53,224 nt of DNA, taken from IMG/VR virus record IMGVR_UViG_3300036791_000129, positions 1-53,224 of that record. One strand, written 5' to 3'. Source of the stretch: a virus. A model generated the notes under the pieces. It saw only the letters and a list, made by a program, of their open reading frames with translations, was not told where the DNA came from and searched no databases. Positions 42,650-49,313 of this stretch are shown here, piece after piece. Each line of letters opens with the position of its first letter. Within the stretch, counting starts at the first letter, position 1. Made by a program: the position numbers and the translations under genes.

Positions 42650-44010
42650 GGCGCAATCTTTACTAACCGAACTGTATTTTCAAGTCGGCAAATCAGTGCC
42701 TCACGTCCACTTTGCAACATTTCTCCTGAAATCAAATCATATTCAGTAAGGAATTTATTGTCAGTAGTGATCAACACATCTACAGCATAGTTTTGTGCCT
42801 TCCACAAGAATACAAAGAAATCACCTTCACTGTTAGCATACACATCATAATATTCAGGATCGTAATCAACGACTAGACTAACGATATCACCAGCAAAGTT
42901 GCGATTTGATTCTGGACATAGTTGGCAGAGATTGCGCAACACATCGGCAATCGGGCGCGGATTCGTATCGTTAGTTTCAAACATTCCACACTTATAAACG
43001 CTACCGTAATCAAACAATGCATACCACCACAAGCCACGCACATTGCACTTCACGCACCGTAACAACGTCATCAAAGTATAATAAGCATCCCGGTGTCCGT
43101 TCCATCCTGCGTCGCCAGGAGCATTGCTTTCATTGTTATACAATGTAGGATGAAATTCAGTTAGCATAACTTCATGATTAATATATGCAGTCCACAAGCC
43201 ACCAATATAATCAGTTACGCTAGTGCCGTTACCTATAATATCAGGATTCCCTGGCGGATAATAATGTCCGTTTGCATATTGAATAATACCAGTAACTTCA
43301 ATCATGCGTGAGTCAAAATAACCAGTAATCCAGCCTTCGGGATGCGGCATTCCTGCCACCACACTAGGACTCATTGCTTGGTTATTATAGCCAAAGATTT
43401 GATGTTGAATTTCCATAGTCTGATCTACAGGAATCATTCCTTGCCCGAAATCAGTGTTTGGTTCATTGATTCCTTCTAGATAGCTAACATAACCACGGCG
43501 CCATAACTCAATCATTGTTGGCACATCGCCAACAGTGCCGTTAGCACCAATGCACATAGTTATATCAATGTGCGGAAATGCAGTGCGAATTTGTCCTAGC
43601 CAATTGGTCTGCATTTCAATTTTATTGGCGTAATGATATTCACGAATGCCAATGTGATAGGCATTATCGCCAACAATATAGCGCAAAGCTTTAATAACAG
43701 TTTCGGGACGATAATCTGCGGGCCAGGAGCCCCATGTATTGTGTTCGTCCAAACTTGAAAATGTGTTGACGCCTAACGTTTCAATCAACGTTGCAATTGG
43801 CTTGGCATCAACTAACGGTAAATCATTGTCTCCTTCATCAGTGTCCTCATTAAACACTTCTTGTTCAAGTTCAGTGGTTCGTTCTTCAAGTTTAGTAACT
43901 CGTTGTTCAATAGCACCAAATTCTTCTTCAAGTTCAGTGGTTCGTTCCTCAACTTGAACAACTCGTTGTTCAAGTGCATCAAATTCTTCGCGCGTGACTT
44001 TATCACTCAT
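42646..44010 (-). CDS. Coiled-coil protein with a clan GH-A-like glycoside hydrolase domain (454 aa)
   Basis: The N-terminus has a 21-aa tandem repeat (EERTTELEEEF...). YLEGINEPN is a candidate acid/base NEP motif and VMLTEFHP a candidate nucleophile Glu, in the order expected for a (beta/alpha)8 GH-A fold. Confidence 0.45.
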   Translation of the reverse strand: MSDKVTREEFDALEQRVVQVEERTTELEEEFGAIEQRVTKLEERTTELEQEVFNEDTDEGDNDLPLVDAKPIATLIETLGVNTFSSLDEHNTWGSWPADYRPETVIKALRYIVGDNAYHIGIREYHYANKIEMQTNWLGQIRTAFPHIDITMCIGANGTVGDVPTMIELWRRGYVSYLEGINEPNTDFGQGMIPVDQTMEIQHQIFGYNNQAMSPSVVAGMPHPEGWITGYFDSRMIEVTGIIQYANGHYYPPGNPDIIGNGTSVTDYIGGLWTAYINHEVMLTEFHPTLYNNESNAPGDAGWNGHRDAYYTLMTLLRCVKCNVRGLWWYALFDYGSVYKCGMFETNDTNPRPIADVLRNLCQLCPESNRNFAGDIVSLVVDYDPEYYDVYANSEGDFFVFLWKAQNYAVDVLITTDNKFLTEYDLISGEMLQSGREALICRLENTVRLVKIAP

Positions 44011-44560
44011 AGCTAATCTCCCCTATCCAGTTCCGTTTCACCATTTCAACAAAACAACGTCGGGTTATTTCGCAGTCAACATCTGCGGAGTGGGCGCCAA
44101 CAAAATTTTCCATAAACATATAGAAGTATAAATCTTGCAAGTTGTAACGTTCACCAAACTGTTGCAATGACACTTCAATGGTGCAAACCGCGCCAGGAGC
44201 AAACGGAAAACTCATATGTTTTCCGACTCTAACTAACTCCCAGTACAACACTGACTTGTCAAACATCAAGTTTTGGCCAACCAAAAATTTGCTACCGATA
44301 AAGAAATGATTGATTTTGCCGAGTGACTGAATGAACGGACTACAACCACTAACCATGCTGTCAGTGATGCCGTGAATTTTGGTGGCTTCTGGCGGGATTT
44401 TGATTGGCGGTTTGAATCGCATGTGTAACTTGTCAATTTCGTTAAGCTTCATATCTAACTTGATTGCTGACAATTCTAACAGATATGGCATCTGCTCCAC
44501 ACCCGCCGCTTCCGGCATTAGCAAACCTGACGTTTCAGTATCGAACACAATGATGGTCAT
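44003..44560 (-). CDS. DEDDh 3'-5' exonuclease (DnaQ/epsilon-like)
   Basis: ExoI IVFDTETSGL, ExoII GQNLMFDKSVL, ExoIII HSADVDCEI. Confidence 0.75.
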   Translation of the reverse strand: MTIIVFDTETSGLLMPEAAGVEQMPYLLELSAIKLDMKLNEIDKLHMRFKPPIKIPPEATKIHGITDSMVSGCSPFIQSLGKINHFFIGSKFLVGQNLMFDKSVLYWELVRVGKHMSFPFAPGAVCTIEVSLQQFGERYNLQDLYFYMFMENFVGAHSADVDCEITRRCFVEMVKRNWIGEISYE

Positions 44561-44940
44561 GTTGATTTACCAATATCTTTAATTTCAATACCCAAATTAC
44601 TTTCAACATTAGCCATTCTAATATTAAAGTTAGCTATGTCACTTTTGATTTCAAATAGTACCTGCATAATCAATTTGAATCTTACTTCCCAATTATATTC
44701 TTCTGATGTTTCACATGGTTTGTGTAGCTTGTTTTTTTCAATAAGCTTTTGATTAGCAATTTTCCATTTTTCAATATCTTCGCGAAAGTAAATTGCTCTA
44801 CTTCGCTTTCCATTTTTATTTAATTTAACGAATGGTGGTCCGTTAATAGTAGATTGCCAATAGTAAAGTGTTTTAGAGTTAATATCCAGGTATTGTGCAA
44901 CTTCATTTAGAGTCATCATATCTAACTGCTTTTCTGACAT
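44557..44940 (-). CDS. Excisionase/MerR-type HTH DNA-binding protein
   Basis: MMTLNEVAQYLDINSKTLYYWQS fits the HTH_17-type pattern. Confidence 0.55.
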   Translation of the reverse strand: MSEKQLDMMTLNEVAQYLDINSKTLYYWQSTINGPPFVKLNKNGKRSRAIYFREDIEKWKIANQKLIEKNKLHKPCETSEEYNWEVRFKLIMQVLFEIKSDIANFNIRMANVESNLGIEIKDIGKST

Positions 44941-44941
44941 T

Positions 44942-45220
44942 TCATTCCTCCTTTATAAACGTTGCATACAGATCAACCAATGCATCCAGCATTCGTTCTA
45001 TTTTCATCAGCTTGGTTAGTGCATCAAGCGACTCTTTTTTTACTGCCCGAATTACGTCCATATCATTAGTCTCCCAATGTTGTTCACTACACGCAACAAT
45101 TAAGTTTTGCATTCCCCTAATCGCTTGGTTAATATCTAACCCAAGTTTGCGATTTCGCATTCGCAACCGATATTCAAGTTGTTTCTGCGCTGTATCATCT
45201 TTGTTAGTCAGTGGTGCCAT
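44942..45220 (-). CDS. Hypothetical protein (about 92 aa)
   Basis: The track ORF extends to 45343 but would overlap the upstream gene by 140 nt. Internal ATG 45220 reduces the overlap to 17 nt. Confidence 0.4.
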   Translation of the reverse strand: MAPLTNKDDTAQKQLEYRLRMRNRKLGLDINQAIRGMQNLIVACSEQHWETNDMDVIRAVKKESLDALTKLMKIERMLDALVDLYATFIKEE

Positions 45221-45719
45221 CTTCCCACTGCCATGTTTTTTGCTCTTCAAACTTGAACATGTAACCACGCTTGAATTGCAAATCCCATGGTTTGCTAAAT
45301 GCACGCTGATATGCAGTGCCAAGGATTCGCCTGCTGTTGTCACTTATTCTAATGTCACCAAAATTCTTGTCAGCATAACCAGCAAACTCAAATTCTTTAG
45401 CTGAGAATTTATCCTCATGCAAACGAATGTAGGCAAGAAATTCTTTGAGTTTACGAACTTGTTCTCTGCCTTCAAGTTTATTATAAGGAATTTTTTGACC
45501 CTGCTTACGAATTTCTTCATCTGAAATGAACGTGTCAATCTGCACTACATTTTCAGTTTTGCCAAACTCACGTTCCGGCGCATCGTTACTGGCCGGTTCA
45601 TCATAGTCATCAAGCAAATCATCAAGTTTCCTATCCATGGCAATTAGTTTTTCATCAATCCTAGTCAACCGGCTTTCCATTACTGCCAGTCGATCGTACG
45701 TTGTGTCAGTTTTATTCAT
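45204..45719 (-). CDS. Hypothetical protein (171 aa) with an N-terminal coiled coil
   Basis: ORF preceded by a motif hairpin. Confidence 0.5.
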   Translation of the reverse strand: MNKTDTTYDRLAVMESRLTRIDEKLIAMDRKLDDLLDDYDEPASNDAPEREFGKTENVVQIDTFISDEEIRKQGQKIPYNKLEGREQVRKLKEFLAYIRLHEDKFSAKEFEFAGYADKNFGDIRISDNSRRILGTAYQRAFSKPWDLQFKRGYMFKFEEQKTWQWEDGTTD

Positions 45720-45743
45720 CGTAGTTTCCTTTTACAAAGTGGT

Positions 45744-45768
45744 GCGCCAGGAGCAATATTCCTGGCGC
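45744..45768 (-). promoter_or_regulatory. Intergenic hairpin gcgccagga-gcaatat-tcctggcgc
   Basis: 9-bp perfect stem between the stop at 45781 and the start at 45719. Confidence 0.5.
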
Positions 45769-45780
45769 GTGGTCCACTAA

Positions 45781-46587
45781 CTAAAACGTTTCTTCACTCG
45801 TGGTATCTTGCGATTCAGCTTTGATATCGCCAGACTTATAGTTATCGCGGAACTTGATTGCCTGCTCCCAAATTTCTTTGCCATTAACATGTTCCATGAT
45901 GGAAACAGCTTTTCCATCTTTGCTAACCAAATCAACATGCGGCAGAAACCAATGTCCCTTAGCGTTCTTTTCTTCTACTACAGTAACTTTATACTGATAG
46001 TAGAAATATGCTGGCGTTAGCATACCTTGTGAAGTTTTGAGTTTGGGCGCATTCTGCAACATGTTAGTCCATTGCCGCGCTACTTTAAGTGCAGTGCCAG
46101 CGAAGGGAAAAATACTTGATTCAACATTGCCATCTTCTTTCAATTGAAGAATAGCAAAGTGTCGCGCTTTGAGAATCGAGTGCCCATCTTTCGTTACTGG
46201 TTGATAAGCATAGTGTTGATCAACATTGCACAATGCCTGCCAACTAGCTTCATCAGCACCATGATTCTTGATAAAGCCGCCACCTTCATTGCGTGGTGTC
46301 CACTCAGTATAATTCCACTCACTCAAAACACAGATGCACTTGAAACCAGTCTTGCCATCAATCAACGTTCCACTGGCGAAATTATACATCATGCCAGCAG
46401 TTGCACCTTCTATGCTGCGCAATTGCGGACTCAAAGGTTGCAAAATTCGCGTGAATGGAATCACGCTTTCATCAACTTTGAATCCTTCATTAAGTTTTGC
46501 CTGCTTAATGAAATCTTCTTCGCCTATAACTGACGGTAAATTTTCACTGTCAGAGTCAAAGCGAATTTGCTTCTTTTTCGTTGCCAT
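45781..46587 (-). CDS. Hypothetical protein (268 aa), possible ssDNA-binding protein
   Basis: The acidic C-terminal tail ends in an aromatic residue (ESQDTTSEETF), as in T7 gp2.5 and bacterial SSB tails. It lies in the replication module. The fold is not established. Confidence 0.4.
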   Translation of the reverse strand: MATKKKQIRFDSDSENLPSVIGEEDFIKQAKLNEGFKVDESVIPFTRILQPLSPQLRSIEGATAGMMYNFASGTLIDGKTGFKCICVLSEWNYTEWTPRNEGGGFIKNHGADEASWQALCNVDQHYAYQPVTKDGHSILKARHFAILQLKEDGNVESSIFPFAGTALKVARQWTNMLQNAPKLKTSQGMLTPAYFYYQYKVTVVEEKNAKGHWFLPHVDLVSKDGKAVSIMEHVNGKEIWEQAIKFRDNYKSGDIKAESQDTTSEETF

Positions 46588-46591
46588 TAGC

Positions 46592-47140
46592 TTATTCCTC
46601 TATGTTAGTTTTGTAGGTACGGAACACTTCAAACAGTTCTGTTGGTATTGTCTCCCCATTTTCTTCCATCTCACGCGCCCACCTGTTTAGAGTTTGTGGA
46701 TGGATAGTTTTACTATCCACATATGCAAACCCCATTTCCTTGATCCGCGCCAGTAGCGCGCGTCTTTTCTCTTGCGTAGCAAACCTGCCGACTTCAATTT
46801 CTACTTTGCATTTCATCAAGCCTTGATGACCGTTAGTATTCAACCATTCATCAGTATCATCGGCCCGATGCTTTAGCATACGGCAAAAGATAACTGGCTT
46901 GACTTGTATTTTAGTGCCATTCACTAACCGAAATTCCGACATGCCGATGTTGTGCATCAACTGCGGAATTTCAACTTCGGACAAATAGACAAATTGTTTC
47001 TTAGCAGCATCAAGTTGTTGTTCAAGTTGGTCAATAAGATGTTTGTTATTGACCAATACCGCAGCAACTTCTGCAATTTTAGTTAAAGCAGCATCACTAG
47101 GAATTGGTGTCTCTACGTATTGATCGTTATCACTATTCAT
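46592..47140 (-). CDS. Hypothetical replication/recombination-module protein (182 aa)
   Basis: N-terminal coiled coil. No motif recognised. Confidence 0.5.
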   Translation of the reverse strand: MNSDNDQYVETPIPSDAALTKIAEVAAVLVNNKHLIDQLEQQLDAAKKQFVYLSEVEIPQLMHNIGMSEFRLVNGTKIQVKPVIFCRMLKHRADDTDEWLNTNGHQGLMKCKVEIEVGRFATQEKRRALLARIKEMGFAYVDSKTIHPQTLNRWAREMEENGETIPTELFEVFRTYKTNIEE

Positions 47141-47484
47141 CTGTTGTTCTCCATGTTATATTCCACACCACACTTGTTGCAGATTCGTTTGAAAACCACT
47201 TCTTGTTTGTCAGATAATTTGTCTCTGGTTTTAGTTATTATGCTAGTTAGAAATTCAATTTCCCACTCAGTAAGAAACTTGTCATTGATGCATTCCTTAG
47301 CAGCGTCGCGCCAGGAGTAGATGAATGACGCCACGCCTACAATATCAGCCCATCTAACTGCGCCTTTATCCATAATATCCTTGGCTCGATTCAACGCGGC
47401 TAGTCGTTCACCATCGAATGTAGCACGAGTCGCTAACTCTAGGATCACGACTAGCTTTCGTTTCTGACTAGTATCAAGTGGCAT
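47137..47484 (-). CDS. Hypothetical protein (115 aa)
   Basis: ORF with an ATGA overlap to the next gene. Confidence 0.5.
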   Translation of the reverse strand: MPLDTSQKRKLVVILELATRATFDGERLAALNRAKDIMDKGAVRWADIVGVASFIYSWRDAAKECINDKFLTEWEIEFLTSIITKTRDKLSDKQEVVFKRICNKCGVEYNMENNR

Positions 47485-47485
47485 T

Positions 47486-47683
47486 TCATTCGCTTTTGGC
47501 TTCTTTCATTGCATGATGCCATAATGCATGGGCCGCTTTACATGCTGTCTGCATTGCTAACGTATTTAGTTCTGGTGGTGGCACCATACTCTTACCTGAT
47601 TCGGTAGCGTCAAATTGATATTGAAGTGCCCAGTTAGCATATATTGGTGCTGCCATCAGCGCAATCATTTCATTCAGTTCCAT
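47486..47683 (-). CDS. Hypothetical protein (65 aa)
   Basis: ORF tightly packed after the SNF2 gene. Confidence 0.45.
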   Translation of the reverse strand: MELNEMIALMAAPIYANWALQYQFDATESGKSMVPPPELNTLAMQTACKAAHALWHHAMKEAKSE

Positions 47684-47685
47684 TG

Positions 47686-49143
47686 TTATTCTCCTGCATC
47701 TTCATACAACCAATCATGAATTGTTTTTGCTTTTCCGATTGTTAGTAGTTCACGAAACTGATCCGCTAAACTTTCCTTTGAGTTTAGCGCCCGCAAAATC
47801 CTACTGTCAATCTTTCCTCTAGTAATAATGTCGTGATAAGTAACTTTGTTAGTTTGTCCGATTCTATGGTTGCGATCTTCCGCTTGCAGTCTATCGGTAC
47901 TGCTCCAGCCATTACTATAAAATATCGTAGTGTTAGCTTCGTTCAAAGTTAATCCAGTGCCACCAGTCTGCACCGTTATAACTAACGCTTTGATGTTAGG
48001 ATCGCCACGCCAGGAGTTGATTTGTTCAAGTCTGTTTTCAATTGCGCCAGTAATACCAACGGATTGCATTCCATTTCTAGTTAGTTCTTCAACTACTAAC
48101 CAAACATCGCGAATGAAACGACAGAATACGATTACCTTGCCACTTGTTGATTCCGCCAACTCACTAACCAATGCAGCGCGATTGCTTGGGATATCTTTCT
48201 TCACATCTTCGGCAGAAAGATGCCCACACAATACTTGCTGTAATCGCATCAACTTGGTTAATGCCATGGTAGTATCTACCAACACACCTTTTTCAATTTC
48301 ATATAACATTTCTTCTTCAAGTATATTATAAATAGTTTCTTGTTCTCTGGTCATTTCAACATGATGTTGAACATAAACTTTATCTGGTAAGTCTAAGCAT
48401 TCATGCTTGCGCTTTTGATACGCATACGGTGCAATTTTAGCGGCTAACATTGCTTGATTTTGATAACCAATAATCTTGCGATTTTCAAAACCGCCCATAC
48501 GACAATACATACCTTTGAATGACGTGACACCACGATGACCAATAATAACCCAATTCAAAAACTTGAATTGCGCGTATAGATTCTCTAACCCTTCTTGCGC
48601 TTCCGTGCCAGTAGCAATCCGCCTAAACTTAGCATATTGACCATAAGAAATTGCATATTTAGTTCTGATAGCAGACCAAGATTTGATTTTATGACTTTCA
48701 TCAATAGCAAAGTATATTTTGCTCCTGGCGCGCAGGAGTCGGTATAAATAACTTTGACCCTTCTTGCTGCTCAAAGCTTCAATGTTCATCAGGAACACTA
48801 ACACTTTGCCAGATGCAATAATATCGCGCGTGTGCTGCTCTTGTCTGGCTTCATCGTTACGGGATTTGTAAACTTGAATTTGCCAACGTTGATAGTTAGG
48901 CGGACCATGTAATTCAAACTGCTCTTGCCAATTTTCATGCACTTGGTTTGGTGCCAAAATAACTGCGCAATTGATCAAGTCACGTTCGATTAAGTTAGTG
49001 ATTTCATCAACAATGATCTTTGACTTACCAGTGCCTTGTTCTAGAAAAAATGCAAACTCAGAACAACCCCACGCGCGTTCTAACGCTTCGCGTTGGTGTT
49101 CATAGGGATGCGTTGTATATACTAACTCTACTGTGGTTCGCAT
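47686..49143 (-). CDS. SNF2-family DNA helicase/translocase
   Basis: Motif I LEQGTGKSK, motif II DESHKIK, motif VI QAEDRNHRIGQ. Confidence 0.8.
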   Translation of the reverse strand: MRTTVELVYTTHPYEHQREALERAWGCSEFAFFLEQGTGKSKIIVDEITNLIERDLINCAVILAPNQVHENWQEQFELHGPPNYQRWQIQVYKSRNDEARQEQHTRDIIASGKVLVFLMNIEALSSKKGQSYLYRLLRARSKIYFAIDESHKIKSWSAIRTKYAISYGQYAKFRRIATGTEAQEGLENLYAQFKFLNWVIIGHRGVTSFKGMYCRMGGFENRKIIGYQNQAMLAAKIAPYAYQKRKHECLDLPDKVYVQHHVEMTREQETIYNILEEEMLYEIEKGVLVDTTMALTKLMRLQQVLCGHLSAEDVKKDIPSNRAALVSELAESTSGKVIVFCRFIRDVWLVVEELTRNGMQSVGITGAIENRLEQINSWRGDPNIKALVITVQTGGTGLTLNEANTTIFYSNGWSSTDRLQAEDRNHRIGQTNKVTYHDIITRGKIDSRILRALNSKESLADQFRELLTIGKAKTIHDWLYEDAGE

Positions 49144-49313
49144 ATTATTTCCTTTTCCCTGCTATTGTTTCCACTTACTCTACCTGAATTTATGTGTAGT
49201 AGTGGAGAGTTATCGGATACCTATGAGCTTGGCTAGTCCAAGTATCCATAAAATTCCCAGCCCCATTGATGCCTGTCCAAGAAAGTACGGAAGCCAGAAG
49301 CAGGTCCACTCGT

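Noticed and set aside
44895-46690. Plus-strand ORFs 44895..45404, 45808..46020, 46144..46533 and 46334..46690.
   Set aside because: They are antisense to well-supported minus-strand genes, with low-complexity S/F/L/I-rich products typical of AT-rich antisense frames.
49144-49313. An imperfect stem-loop (ggata...cttgg-ctagt-ccaag-tatcc) between dnaE and the SNF2 gene.
   Set aside because: The stems are short with an 8-nt bulge, it is not repeated elsewhere, and no U-tract follows. That is insufficient to call a regulatory element.
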